64,000 bases of DNA from Candidatus Bathyarchaeota archaeon (GCA_963733055.1 CAVTBR010000003.1:160001-224000), one strand, 5' to 3'. Counted from the stretch's first letter, positions 9,977 through 20,497 are shown. Numbers and translations: made by a program. The notes: generated by a model from the letters alone, not told the origin.

Positions 9977-11348
9977 AGAGAAAGGCCCCGTTCAGCTCCT
10001 GATCGACTGGCTGAACCAGCGCCTTGAACGAACCATTTTCTTGGGGTTGAAGTTCACTCTCCCCAAAAGGTTCGTGAGCCCTCTCGGGTTTCTGGGATTC
10101 TTAACCTTTACGACCTTTGCACTGCTCGGAATATCCGGCGCGCTCTTGATGCTCTATTACAGTCCAACCGTCATCTTCAACACTGCGACTGGGGCGGTAA
10201 CTTCACCATTCGACAGCGTACAGAACATCGATCAGGTAATTCCGTTCGGGTCAGCGTTACGTAACATCCACTACTACGCCTCAAACGCTATGGTACTCCT
10301 GGCTGTCGCACACATGTTCTATCAATACTTCTCAGGCCGGTACAAACTAAGGTATGAAGTCCTTTGGGTAACTGGAATCATCATAGGCATTCTCACAATT
10401 ATCGAAGCCTATACTGGTTACGATCTATTGCTCAACGTGCGCGGGATGTTGGCGATTAACATCGGGAGAGCTTTAGCGAGAAGTACTCCGTTTATGGGTC
10501 CAACGGCTTTTCGTTTGATGGCTGGGACGGGGCTGGGAGACCTCATACTTCGATTCTATAGTGTTCACGTGTTCATCTTCCCGATGATTATGATCCTCAT
10601 AATGCTAGTGCACTTTCCGAGGTACATGGTCCTCGACATACCCGTCGTGTCGATGGTTACGGGCGCGATCATGGTTGTAGGCGGCCTCTTTCCTGTTGAG
10701 TTAGGGACGAAGTTCATTCCAACTGCTGAGGCGGGCATTACGATGCCTGAATGGTACCTGACTGGAATGTACGCGATCATACGAACTGGGATCGACAAGT
10801 TCACGGCGGGCGTGGTGATACCTATGATCTTTGTAGTAGTGTTTCTAGTCGTCCCATTCATAGATACAAGCAGGAAGCTGTCGGTACGTGATCGACCGTT
10901 CTATACCGCCATGGGAGTCGCCGGCTTGGCACAACTCGCCCTAACGACGGTTTGGGGGTTCAGAGCGGCCGACATATTCCAAGGTCTCAACGACATCCCT
11001 CAACTTCTGATCGACCCGTTGATCTTTTTCGGATCGGTGGTTTTCATAGGCGCCGTGGCGTATGCGGGCATCTACGTTTGGTTCAGAGCCACCGCACCCG
11101 CTCCACTTGCTCCAGGGGCTCGCCCAACACACGCTGCCCGTAAGCAGTTTCCAGTTTACAAGATGACATCGAATGAGTGGCGAGCGATCGTTCTCTCACT
11201 CCTCGGCTTCCAAGTAGTGTTCGACATCTACTCATCGCAAGCGTTCCTGGCCGGGTTCAAGAACATCGTTCTACTCCAGATCGGCGTTGGGCTGATCGCG
11301 TTCGGAATACTGGTGCATCTTTACCGAATCGGAGCGGATTCCAAATAG
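9948..11348 (+). CDS. petB: Cytochrome b of a Rieske/cytochrome b complex, with extra C-terminal TM helices
   Basis: RNIHYYASN...AHMF and FYSVHVF...LVHF heme ligands; PEWY motif; overlaps the Rieske gene. Confidence 0.92.
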   Translation: MAAQRPQASKEKGPVQLLIDWLNQRLERTIFLGLKFTLPKRFVSPLGFLGFLTFTTFALLGISGALLMLYYSPTVIFNTATGAVTSPFDSVQNIDQVIPFGSALRNIHYYASNAMVLLAVAHMFYQYFSGRYKLRYEVLWVTGIIIGILTIIEAYTGYDLLLNVRGMLAINIGRALARSTPFMGPTAFRLMAGTGLGDLILRFYSVHVFIFPMIMILIMLVHFPRYMVLDIPVVSMVTGAIMVVGGLFPVELGTKFIPTAEAGITMPEWYLTGMYAIIRTGIDKFTAGVVIPMIFVVVFLVVPFIDTSRKLSVRDRPFYTAMGVAGLAQLALTTVWGFRAADIFQGLNDIPQLLIDPLIFFGSVVFIGAVAYAGIYVWFRATAPAPLAPGARPTHAARKQFPVYKMTSNEWRAIVLSLLGFQVVFDIYSSQAFLAGFKNIVLLQIGVGLIAFGILVHLYRIGADSK

Positions 11349-11358
11349 AGAGTGCCAT

Positions 11359-11820
11359 GTGATGTCGCAACCAAAGGTAATTCAGGGTCCGTGGGTGGGG
11401 GCAGCGGCGGTCCTGCTGCTTGTGTTGATGGGGACTGGAATGTTCTATTACCAGTTCTACATTCTGCCCGCTGAAATTGGGCCCCCGCATGTCCCGCAAA
11501 ATATCACAATCAACATCGTGGCCCAGCAATGGGCATTCATGGTAAATGGAACCATTGACACACGCAACACTCCCATTGTTGTGCATGTAGGGGATAACGT
11601 CACCTTCCACGTGCACGGAATCTGGCAACAAGACCCGTCATTCAGCGAGCACGGTTTCTTCATAGAAGGAATAATGGATACGCCTGCTACCGTGCAAAAA
11701 GGACATGACCTCACGATTACGATTGTGCCAACTCAGCCGGGCGAATACACAATCATCTGCACGATCTTCTGTGGCGCAGGCCATGCGGACATGCACGGGA
11801 TACTGGAAGTACTTCCTTAG
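11359..11820 (+). CDS. Single-TM cupredoxin with CuA motif (oxidase subunit II-like)
   Basis: AQQWAF, EHGF, PGEYTIICTIFCGAGHADM (H...CxxxCxxxHxxM). Confidence 0.85.
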   Translation: MMSQPKVIQGPWVGAAAVLLLVLMGTGMFYYQFYILPAEIGPPHVPQNITINIVAQQWAFMVNGTIDTRNTPIVVHVGDNVTFHVHGIWQQDPSFSEHGFFIEGIMDTPATVQKGHDLTITIVPTQPGEYTIICTIFCGAGHADMHGILEVLP

Positions 11821-11831
11821 GTGAACTTTGG

Positions 11832-12722
11832 TTGCAAGTCACTGCGACTCAAACTGTAAAGAACTACGTCGAAGTCACGAAGCCCCCCATCGTGTTCCTC
11901 CTCGTGTTTACTTCGTTCGCGACGATGATTATCGCTTGGAGCCAAACCCTGATACCACTCACCCCAACCCTGATAATTGCAGCACTTGTGGCCATTACCG
12001 CCTCCAGCGCGGGATGTGATACCCTCACATCGTACGTAGACAGGGATATCGACGCAGTAATGCACCGTACGAAGAACCGTCCGATACCTAGTGGGCGCAT
12101 AACTCCGACAAGAGCCCTTGTTTGGGGTTTGTTCCTAGCTGGCTTAGGCTTAGGGCTCGCCTATTGGATCAACCCGTTATCCTTCCTGTGGATTGCGTTT
12201 GGCGTTATCGACAACGTAGTCGTTTACAGTCTCCTGCTAAAGCGCCGCCACCCGCTCAACATTATCCTCGGAGGAGTTAGCGGCGGCTTACCGGTTATGT
12301 TCGGCTGGAGCGCAGTAACAAACGGAATCTCGCTGCTGCCGGTTCTCCTGGCTGCATTGGTTGTATTGTGGATCCCGGGGCACATATGGAGCTTGGCAAT
12401 ATTCACGAAGGATGATTACACACGGGCAAAGGTGCCAATGCTGCCGGTTGTTACAGAACTCAAGACTGCACTGCGATGCATCGTATCTACCGTCGTTTTG
12501 ATGATACCCTTCTCGCTCTGGATTTACTTCGCCGGCCACTTCGGACCAGTTTACCTTGCGGTTGCAATATTCTTCGGCGCTTGGGTTCTCTACATTAACC
12601 TGAAACTGTTCTTCAACCCTAACAATGACATGGCTTACAAGGCGTTTAAGGTATCAAGCCCCTACCTATTCGCCCTCTTCTTCGCGATGATAATCGACAG
12701 CCTCGTTCGGGCGGCCATTTAG
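11832..12722 (+). CDS. cyoE: Protoheme IX farnesyltransferase (heme O synthase)
   Basis: TKP, DRDIDAVMHRTKNRPIPSG, YSLLLKRR, HIWSLA, DDYTRAKVPMLPVV. Confidence 0.93.
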   Translation: MQVTATQTVKNYVEVTKPPIVFLLVFTSFATMIIAWSQTLIPLTPTLIIAALVAITASSAGCDTLTSYVDRDIDAVMHRTKNRPIPSGRITPTRALVWGLFLAGLGLGLAYWINPLSFLWIAFGVIDNVVVYSLLLKRRHPLNIILGGVSGGLPVMFGWSAVTNGISLLPVLLAALVVLWIPGHIWSLAIFTKDDYTRAKVPMLPVVTELKTALRCIVSTVVLMIPFSLWIYFAGHFGPVYLAVAIFFGAWVLYINLKLFFNPNNDMAYKAFKVSSPYLFALFFAMIIDSLVRAAI

Positions 12723-12795
12723 AATTTTCATTAGGATTAGAGCGATCCGAATTATTGCGTAAGGCATATTAGCGATCAAGTGAAGATGTTGCGTC

Positions 12796-13134
12796 ATGAA
12801 AACATTTTGCGGAGCATTTCCACTCCTTCCAGGTAAGACTGAAGCTGGAAAAGAGTTTGCCAAGGCATGTATGGGTCCGAGACGCGCGGAATTTGCGGAA
12901 TCACTGAAAAGAGGAGGCGTAACGAAGGAATCATGGTTCCTGCAGAAGACGCCCCACGGCGACATGGTGATCGTTCACTTTGAAGCCGAGGACGTGGAGA
13001 CGGCTTTCGAAAACTTAGCCACGTCAAAAGACCCGTTCATGGTATGGTTCAAACAGCAAGTGAAAGCAACTACGGGAGTCGACCTAGAACAGCCCAGCGA
13101 TGAGCCACCGCCAGAAGAAATCGTGCACATGTAA
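12796..13134 (+). CDS. Hypothetical protein, probable dimeric alpha-beta barrel
   Basis: Clean ORF; GVTKESWFLQ...PFMVWFKQQV pattern. Confidence 0.6.
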   Translation: MKTFCGAFPLLPGKTEAGKEFAKACMGPRRAEFAESLKRGGVTKESWFLQKTPHGDMVIVHFEAEDVETAFENLATSKDPFMVWFKQQVKATTGVDLEQPSDEPPPEEIVHM

Positions 13135-13141
13135 GCAATAG

Positions 13142-14308
13142 TCAGGAGACGAACGGGCTCAGCCCTTTTGGCGCTCGGCACGTAATTACGTCCTTTATTC
13201 CCTGAGTACCGAGGGTTCTCAGGAGTAAGTGGAAGAGGTAGTCGTTGCCCATGAAATGGTCCGCCATCCTTCTCAGCTGAGTCGAAACCCGCATCTCCTT
13301 TCCCATCACCTCCTTCCATTTAGTCTCGTAACGAGAAAGCGGAACCCCATTCTGAACATAATCGGCCGCAGCTTGCCCCGCAATTTCTCCACTAATCATG
13401 GCGGTTGAGATTCCTCCGCCGTTTGTTGGCATTACCATGCCCGCAGCGTCCCCGACAGCCATCACTTTGCCAGAATACGTCTTCCGAAGCGGTCCATCGA
13501 CTGGGAGTACGTCGGCAATCATTGGCCCAGGTTTTCCGCCTTCAAGCTTCCCTTTGGAAAGCGGGCACTCGTCAAGGAAGAACTTGAGATAACTTCTACC
13601 GTCATTTCTCTTCGAATAGGACGTTCTGATCCCGATGCCTACGTTGGCGGAGCTTCCGCCTTTGGGAATAATCCAACCATATCCGCCCGGCGCAACTTCC
13701 GTACCCATATACATCTCAGTAACGCTTTGGTCAACGGAAAGGTCGGTCATCAAATATTCGTAGTTAATCGCGACATTATTGGCGGTCATGTAATCGTCGG
13801 TCAAGATACCGGCAGACTTCGCAACTTTCGAAGGGAAGCCATCAGCGGCAACTACGACTTTTGCTCTGACCCCCTCATCTTTATTCGGGCCGACGGAGAC
13901 GACTCCGTTCTCTGTGAACAGATCTACCACCGTCCGAAGCTGTATCGTGCCTCCTAACTTTTCAACCTCCTTGGCCACGTGCTGTTCCAGGGTCGTTCGG
14001 TCCAGTATGTACGCTTCAAAAGGAAATTCGTACTCGCGTCCCTTTGGGGAGATCATTCGCAGGATTTTGCAGGTGTTGTTGACGGAGGTTTGAGGAACGT
14101 CGAATACGTGCATGTACTCTCCAGCGCTGGGTAGCAGGCTCTCCATCTCCCTCCGGACGGGGAAGTATTCTCCGCACTTGACTGGCGTTCCCACGACGGT
14201 TTTCTTGTCGAAGACGTAGACGCTCAACCCTCGTTTCAGGGCCTCTAATGCTGTATAGAGTCCGCCCGGCCCGGCTCCGGCCACTGCGAGATCTACGTCC
14301 TTCATCAA
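13142..14308 (-). CDS. Digeranylgeranylglycerophospholipid reductase (GGR family)
   Basis: GAGPGG, PVKCGE, APGGYGWIIPKG, ANVGIG, GDAAG, NGGGI. Confidence 0.9.
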   Translation of the reverse strand: MMKDVDLAVAGAGPGGLYTALEALKRGLSVYVFDKKTVVGTPVKCGEYFPVRREMESLLPSAGEYMHVFDVPQTSVNNTCKILRMISPKGREYEFPFEAYILDRTTLEQHVAKEVEKLGGTIQLRTVVDLFTENGVVSVGPNKDEGVRAKVVVAADGFPSKVAKSAGILTDDYMTANNVAINYEYLMTDLSVDQSVTEMYMGTEVAPGGYGWIIPKGGSSANVGIGIRTSYSKRNDGRSYLKFFLDECPLSKGKLEGGKPGPMIADVLPVDGPLRKTYSGKVMAVGDAAGMVMPTNGGGISTAMISGEIAGQAAADYVQNGVPLSRYETKWKEVMGKEMRVSTQLRRMADHFMGNDYLFHLLLRTLGTQGIKDVITCRAPKGLSPFVS

Positions 14309-14370
14309 ACTACAAGACTCTCATGCAACGATTACGTAGTCGCACAACGCTCGAATCTTAATTCGGCTGC

Positions 14371-15837
14371 CTAATGGCTAAAGCTTGCGCCTGCGGGCAC
14401 CAAGGAGTTGGCTACTTGGAGTAGGTAGCTAATGATTGGCCCAGGGTATAGGCCTACGACGATTATTATTGCGGTACAAGCTACGAGGACCACAACCAGA
14501 GCGGTTGGCTCCTGTAGTCTTTCTAATACAGGGGATTCGTCGAAGTACATGCGCTTCACCACCCACCCGTAGTATGCCATGGAGAAGGCGCTATTCAGTA
14601 CACCCGCGAGCGCCAGCCACCAGAGGCCACCGTCGACCGCAGCCGTGAATAACATTAGTTTGCTCATGAACCCACTCAAAGGCGGAACTCCGGCGAGGGC
14701 AAAGAGGGCGATTGTGAGCGTGAATGCGGTTATGGGCATACGTTTCCCTAACCCGGAATACGAGTCAAGTGAAGTGGTTGAAAGTCTGCTGAAGACAGCA
14801 GCGGCCGCCATGAAAGCCGCCGTTTTCATGACTCCATGGTTCAGAATATGGAATAACGCCCCAGCTATCCCAAGAGGATTCGGAGCCGCGAAACCGATCA
14901 AAATGTAACCTGCCTGCGCAATGCTAGAGTATGCAAGCATTCGAGTGAAGCTCTTCTGCATCAACGCCGCAACGTTACCCAAAGTCATCGTCAGAATCGC
15001 TATAACAGCAAATGTCCCGGACCAGTCTAGGCGAAGGGCGATCAAGGCTATGGCGAACACTCGGAACAGAGCCGCGAATCCGCCGTTCTTGGTTCCCGCA
15101 GCCAGAAAGGCACCAATCGTTATCGGCGCACCTTCGTACGCATCGGGTATCCACATGTGAAATGGCACTGCAGCAACCTTCATGCCGAAACCTGCGATGA
15201 ACAGCACCATCGCGAGCAAGGCCAGAGGGTTTAGCTTAGGGAGCACGGTTTGCAGGCCCTGTGCGACGCCATACATGTTTGTTGTGCCGGTAATTCCAAA
15301 CACGATTGAAATTGCATAGATAATTAGCGCAGAAGAAAGGGCGCTCAGAATGAAGAATTTTATTGCCGCTTCGTTCGAACTCGGGTCATCCTTCTGAATT
15401 CCAGTCAGAATGTAGGAGGGGACGTTCATCAACTCCCATGCAAGGAAGAGTGCGACGAGGTCGACGGAGAATGCAATCAACATCATCCCGAACGTCCCAA
15501 GAAGCAGCAGGCCAAAGTAAGTGTCAAAATTCTTGTTCTCACGCATGTAATACATCGAACCGATAGCAATCAACAGAGTGACCCCGACAAAGACAGCGGC
15601 GAAATAAACGGAGAAACCGTCTATCGATAGGACTCCCAACACAAGTTGAGGAGTTGCGACGCCTTGAAAGAGGATGAGCGCGATCGCTCCAAGAACGATG
15701 AAGAGTCCGAAGATAGACCAGTAGGCGACCATCATACGAGAAAGAATACGATTTCCGAACCCTTGAATTAACGGAACGAGAATGCTGAAAAGGGGCAGAG
15801 TGACCAGCAATACAGCAGTCGTCAGCGGCATCTGCAT
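14371..15837 (-). CDS. nuoN: Complex I subunit N
   Basis: EAAIKFFILSALSS, KVAAVPFHMWIPDAYEGAP, RMLAYSSIAQAGY. Confidence 0.93.
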   Translation of the reverse strand: MQMPLTTAVLLVTLPLFSILVPLIQGFGNRILSRMMVAYWSIFGLFIVLGAIALILFQGVATPQLVLGVLSIDGFSVYFAAVFVGVTLLIAIGSMYYMRENKNFDTYFGLLLLGTFGMMLIAFSVDLVALFLAWELMNVPSYILTGIQKDDPSSNEAAIKFFILSALSSALIIYAISIVFGITGTTNMYGVAQGLQTVLPKLNPLALLAMVLFIAGFGMKVAAVPFHMWIPDAYEGAPITIGAFLAAGTKNGGFAALFRVFAIALIALRLDWSGTFAVIAILTMTLGNVAALMQKSFTRMLAYSSIAQAGYILIGFAAPNPLGIAGALFHILNHGVMKTAAFMAAAAVFSRLSTTSLDSYSGLGKRMPITAFTLTIALFALAGVPPLSGFMSKLMLFTAAVDGGLWWLALAGVLNSAFSMAYYGWVVKRMYFDESPVLERLQEPTALVVVLVACTAIIIVVGLYPGPIISYLLQVANSLVPAGASFSH

Positions 15838-15962
15838 TGGCTTCGCCTATTCAAGAACGCCCTACTCCAATTAGCTGACATAAATAACGTTTCGCAGACC
15901 AAACCTTTTTCTTGCCGACACTCTCGGTGTCAGGCTGAACCTCGTAATCTCGTGAGTGAGCA

Positions 15963-16286
15963 ATGTCCGGAATAGAAACTGTCAAAATCATAGTCAACGC
16001 GGAGAAGCAAGCCGCGAAGATGATTCAGGATGCAGAAACTACGGCTGCTGATATACGAAAGAAAATTGACTCCTTAATCCGGGAACAACGAACAGAAATG
16101 CTTGCGACGGCAAAGAAAGAAGCATTGGCACTAGTTCAACAAGCCGAAGACGAAGGGAAACGCGAAGCTCAACGCTACGAAAAAGAATCTGAGGCGGGGA
16201 CGCGGGAATTAATCACACGGGCATCCTCGAAGAAAAGCACTACCGTTGACAAACTTGTAGCCTTGGTGATGCAAGGTGAGAAATGA
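15963..16286 (+). CDS. atpH: A/V-type ATP synthase subunit H/G (peripheral stalk)
   Basis: 107-aa E/A/K-rich coiled coil at the head of an ATPase E-C-K cluster. Confidence 0.7.
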   Translation: MSGIETVKIIVNAEKQAAKMIQDAETTAADIRKKIDSLIREQRTEMLATAKKEALALVQQAEDEGKREAQRYEKESEAGTRELITRASSKKSTTVDKLVALVMQGEK

Positions 16287-16903
16287 TGTCTGAAACTCGC
16301 AAGTTTACCGAGGATATATTGAAGGCGGCTGCGGAAAGAGCCGACAAGATCATCCGGGAAGCTGAAGCCGAGACTCAGCGAGCCTCGGACGAGGCTAAAG
16401 CGTCAATATCGAGGGAAGCCGACGCGATTATTCGGAGCGCCCATGCAGATGCCGAAGCGGTAAAACGCCGAGAGACTAGCGAAGCCCGGCACAAATCCAA
16501 ACTTCGAGAGGAGCGGGAGAAGGACGTGGTCATGACCGAAGTACTCGGCCAAGCGAAGAAACGCGTAATGGATATGACGAGAGACGAAAACACATACCTG
16601 CCCTATCTGACAAACCTCGTCGAAAGCGCCATCCGCCAGCTAGGAGATCAAACCCCCCTAATCCACCTCAACAAAGCGGACATGGCGAGGATTAACAGAG
16701 CTAGCCTAGAACGGGAATTAGCTACCGGTCTAAAGAAACCCGTCAAGATCGAATGGTCAAAGGAACCTATTGTCGCGGCAGGCGGGGCGATTGTTTCAAG
16801 CCCCGACGGCAAGACGAGGATCGTGAACACCCTAGATGATAGATTCGACGCCCTAGAATCAAAATTATTGGTTGAAGCAGGCAAATCACTCTTCGGCGAA
16901 TAG
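16283..16903 (+). CDS. atpE: A/V-type ATP synthase subunit E
   Basis: N-terminal coiled coil; GGAIVSSPDGKTRIVNTLDDR; ends SLFG. Confidence 0.9.
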   Translation: MMSETRKFTEDILKAAAERADKIIREAEAETQRASDEAKASISREADAIIRSAHADAEAVKRRETSEARHKSKLREEREKDVVMTEVLGQAKKRVMDMTRDENTYLPYLTNLVESAIRQLGDQTPLIHLNKADMARINRASLERELATGLKKPVKIEWSKEPIVAAGGAIVSSPDGKTRIVNTLDDRFDALESKLLVEAGKSLFGE

Positions 16904-16929
16904 GATCAAACTCTGCGAGATTTAGTAAA

Positions 16930-17949
16930 ATGACCTCCGCAGGACGGTACGCCGAATTAGCGGCCGCGGTCCGTTCGTTCAAAGCGGAACTCGTCCAACC
17001 CTCGCAACTAGAGCGATTCCTCGAAACCGGATCTCTCGCCGAAATCGTAAGCATGATAACAGGAGGCCGAATCACTTCAGTCGACCCATCCGACCTGAGC
17101 CCCGTAGAGTCACTTCTCGTGCAAAGATCCATGGAACTTGCGAAGAGATTAGCTTCCTACGCCCCTCAAGACTCTAGGCCCTTGGTGAACCATTTTTCCA
17201 GAGGATTCGAATACGCCTGTGTTAAGGAGATTCTGAAAGCAAGCTCAGACCAAGTCGACCCGGAAGAGGCTATGAGGCACATTGTTCCGGCCGGCAAGTT
17301 CACGGCGGATCGCTGCAAAGACCTAATTGAATCTCACAATCCAAATCGAGTAATCGAAAGCATTGACGACGAAGCATTAAGACGGTTTGTCGCGCCGAAG
17401 CTTACTGGCGAGAGGGCGAGCTTCCAAACTGTTGCGGCTATAGACCAATACTACTTCATCAAGATGTGGTCCGCATCGAACCTACCCGACCCTCTAGACG
17501 CGCAATCTGCGAAAGGCTTGATCGGGGAAGCAATAGACCACCTGAACATACTACTAGCCCTGCGAGCACGACAGATGGGGTTGGACGCCAGAACCGCTTC
17601 GGAAACAATGATTCCCATCAACTACAGTCTCGGCCAAGCATTCAACGAACTCCCAGAAGCAAACAACATTCAGAACTTGGAGCGCATCCTTGAGAAGACA
17701 CGCTACGCGAATTCATTTCAGGCGGGGACGACGCTCGACGGGGGGCGAGTTGAATGCGAACTTAACCGAAGACACGCTGAGGCGTGTTTGAATACTTTTG
17801 CGGGGTCGCCGTTCAATGTTGGGCTTGCGCTCGCGTTTCTTTTTCTCAAGAGCTATGAGTTGAGAGACCTTTTCAGTTTGGTCAACGCTAAGGCGAACAA
17901 TCTCCCTGCTGACCGAGTCCTGGAATCTCTTATCCTGCGCGCCTCGTGA
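16930..17949 (+). CDS. atpC: A/V-type ATP synthase subunit C (V0 d-like)
   Basis: 339 aa helical; IDHLNILLALRAR, LAFLFLKSYELRDL; operon context. Confidence 0.82.
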   Translation: MTSAGRYAELAAAVRSFKAELVQPSQLERFLETGSLAEIVSMITGGRITSVDPSDLSPVESLLVQRSMELAKRLASYAPQDSRPLVNHFSRGFEYACVKEILKASSDQVDPEEAMRHIVPAGKFTADRCKDLIESHNPNRVIESIDDEALRRFVAPKLTGERASFQTVAAIDQYYFIKMWSASNLPDPLDAQSAKGLIGEAIDHLNILLALRARQMGLDARTASETMIPINYSLGQAFNELPEANNIQNLERILEKTRYANSFQAGTTLDGGRVECELNRRHAEACLNTFAGSPFNVGLALAFLFLKSYELRDLFSLVNAKANNLPADRVLESLILRAS

Positions 17950-18006
17950 GCCTAGTAAGGGTTATAACGGATTGGTAGCTTTCAGCGCAACAGGTGCTGA
18001 CGAGTA

Positions 18007-18345
18007 ATGAAGCGCAGTCGACAACTAACGTTGAGCGTACTCCTGATGGCTGTTGGAGTCATTACGATTTCCTCAATGGTCGCAGTTGCATTCTCATGGA
18101 GCCCTTCGCAAGCCACAGCGGCTGCTGCCAGCGATAGAGGACTTTTGATCGTTGGGGCAGGAATCGCTGCGGGCCTAGCCTCTTGTGGCGCCGGCATCGG
18201 TCTCGGAACAGCTAGTGCGGCCGCGATAGGAGCGATCGCAGAGAAACCTGAAATGTTGGGCAGAACGTTGCTCTTCGTAGTGCTGATCGAGGCAATCGCG
18301 ATATACGGACTCGCGATGTTCTTCATCATCTACTCCAGAATCTAA
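18007..18345 (+). CDS. atpK: A/V-type ATP synthase proteolipid subunit K (c), probably H+-coupled
   Basis: GAGIAAGLA..GAGIG, AIAEKPE, LIEAIAIYG with the ion-binding Glu; Na+-type Q...ET/ES signature not seen. Confidence 0.92.
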   Translation: MKRSRQLTLSVLLMAVGVITISSMVAVAFSWSPSQATAAAASDRGLLIVGAGIAAGLASCGAGIGLGTASAAAIGAIAEKPEMLGRTLLFVVLIEAIAIYGLAMFFIIYSRI

Positions 18346-18755
18346 GGGCAGAGATGCCTCGATCAATTTAGTCAACTCGCGTCGTACGCTCGTGCTCAGA
18401 AATCAAACTTCATAGTCGTCGCACAGAATGCCCTTGGTATATGCACATCAATTCTTATTCTTCACAACTATATACGACCACGTATGGCCTCCGAAGGCGA
18501 AACATCCGCGGAAAGGCGGGGATAGCCGTAGAGGCTACAATAGGTGGCTTGCAATTATCTAAAGCGCGAGTTTACAACAAAGAAAGCCACAAGACGAGAT
18601 AATTATCCTAGGGCTGAACAGCAGTAATTACTTGCAGCATTTGTTCGAGTGTCTGCTTCCTACATTGGTGCTGATTGATACAGTGACCAAAGTAGTGTCG
18701 GAACTTGTATAATCAGAGCGAGTCTATCAATGCTGTGACAATGGGATGATGCTCC

Positions 18756-18938
18756 ATGATATTAACGGGAGTTGCTTTATCTATTTTCAATTTGTTGGCC
18801 GTTGGGATGATTGCGGTACTTCTTTATTCTCTGTGGGGTCTCGGCCGGGGTCTTCCGACCTTCGAAGAGGAAACGAGACCGATCCTCTACGCTATGGATG
18901 GTCGTCAAGAAAGAATTAGCATAGTCGACGAAAAGTAG
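18756..18938 (+). CDS. Small single-TM hypothetical protein
   Basis: 60-aa ORF with hydrophobic N-terminus. Confidence 0.35.
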   Translation: MILTGVALSIFNLLAVGMIAVLLYSLWGLGRGLPTFEEETRPILYAMDGRQERISIVDEK

Positions 18939-19027
18939 CACGGCAAAAGCACGGCAAGCTAGCTGACTTTAGGGTACCGTTACCATTCGAAGACTATACG
19001 GCCTGAGAGATAGTTTGCTGCAAGAAT

Positions 19028-20497
19028 CTAGGTTTCAGTCCGCGAGATCCTCGTAATCTTAGCCTTGTATATGATACCCGTTGTAGCTAGCGCTGAAATC
19101 CCCAGGAGCAGTATACCTAGAATGTAAAGCCAGTAAAACAACCCGCCTATCGAAGGGTCGACAAAAATCCATAAAGACGTACCCACCATTGCGACGATGA
19201 GACCAACACCGGCTAACCAACCAGTGGTACGTTTCAGCGTTCCTGCAACACCATAGTAGTCAGCGGCTAAAAGGACTAAAGCTACAGCGGCTAGTGTCAT
19301 AATACCGAACATTGGATTAACATTGCTGAACACGGCGTGGTTCGCGGACAAGGTCGAACCAAAGAGGTCCTCATGGAACTCTATGTAAAACCCTTCAATT
19401 ACGCTGTTTACAACCGCGGCAACCCAGACACCAAGCAAAGTCAACCTAATGCTGTCTTTCCATGAACTCTTTCCGTCTAGCTTGGTCAACGCTAAAGGAA
19501 TCAGCACGATCATTGCTCCAAGAGCAGTAATCGTCATGACAGTATCGTCAGCCGCCATTCCATTCACACCCTGAGACCCGCTTTGGAAAAGTAATGGGGG
19601 AGCGAAATTGACGGCAGCCTCGAAGATCATGACGATTGTAATCGCGACTAGGCCGATTGACGTTATCCACAATCCGACATTGGCGAAGCTCCTCTTCAGC
19701 CCTTTCAAATCTAGAACCTTGAAATGCTGTGCTACTAAAGCAACAACTCCGGTCATAATTGCAATTCCCATGTCATGAGAGTGAGGGCCCGCTAGTGCAG
19801 AAATAAAGGTCCCCGCGTCGCCGAAGAACGGGACAAGAAAAGAAAAGACGCCTACACCAAAAATCATCATCCAAAGATTTAGGAATCCAATCATCCCTGC
19901 GACAAATGCAGACCCCACGGAGAACAGTGCCAGCCAGTAACCTGCGCCAGCCTTTGAATACACTGAAAACTCTTTCCTACTCGGAGCCATCCTGAGCACG
20001 TATTGTGGCCACATACGAGGTGGGAACGCATTCATTTCAGGATGGTAAGTTCCGGCCTGCTTTCTTGGTAAGAGCAGGAGTTGAACGAAGAGGGCGCCAC
20101 CTACGTCGCCTATGAGTATGAACGCTACGACATACAAACCTAAAGGTATGTCAGGAAAAGTCGCGTCAAGAGTAGGGCTCAGGTAAAAAATGCCGCCGAC
20201 TGCAGCAAAGACAACAGCCGCATAAGCTCTGTAGGATATGGGAAAATCAATTGGGGGCTCATATTTCTGAAGGTTGAAAATTGAAAGCACCAAATACGTG
20301 GCTAGGGCCGCAATTCCTATGCCTATTGAATGGAAATACAATACGCCATAGTACGTATCCAACCCTGGAGGTAAACCGAGAAGGGCGTAAAGGCCTGCCA
20401 TGACAACGATGATTAGGGTCGTCGCCCACGTGAGCGTTTTGATCGACAACAAGTAGTTGTGCGTATAGGTAACCGACTGTACTTCTTGAATAGTCAA
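19028..20497 (-). CDS. Polytopic membrane protein of unknown function (about 12 TM) with intramembrane His residues
   Basis: 489-aa hydrophobic ORF; YFHSIG and GPHSHDMG motifs. Confidence 0.75.
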   Translation of the reverse strand: MTIQEVQSVTYTHNYLLSIKTLTWATTLIIVVMAGLYALLGLPPGLDTYYGVLYFHSIGIGIAALATYLVLSIFNLQKYEPPIDFPISYRAYAAVVFAAVGGIFYLSPTLDATFPDIPLGLYVVAFILIGDVGGALFVQLLLLPRKQAGTYHPEMNAFPPRMWPQYVLRMAPSRKEFSVYSKAGAGYWLALFSVGSAFVAGMIGFLNLWMMIFGVGVFSFLVPFFGDAGTFISALAGPHSHDMGIAIMTGVVALVAQHFKVLDLKGLKRSFANVGLWITSIGLVAITIVMIFEAAVNFAPPLLFQSGSQGVNGMAADDTVMTITALGAMIVLIPLALTKLDGKSSWKDSIRLTLLGVWVAAVVNSVIEGFYIEFHEDLFGSTLSANHAVFSNVNPMFGIMTLAAVALVLLAADYYGVAGTLKRTTGWLAGVGLIVAMVGTSLWIFVDPSIGGLFYWLYILGILLLGISALATTGIIYKAKITRISRTET

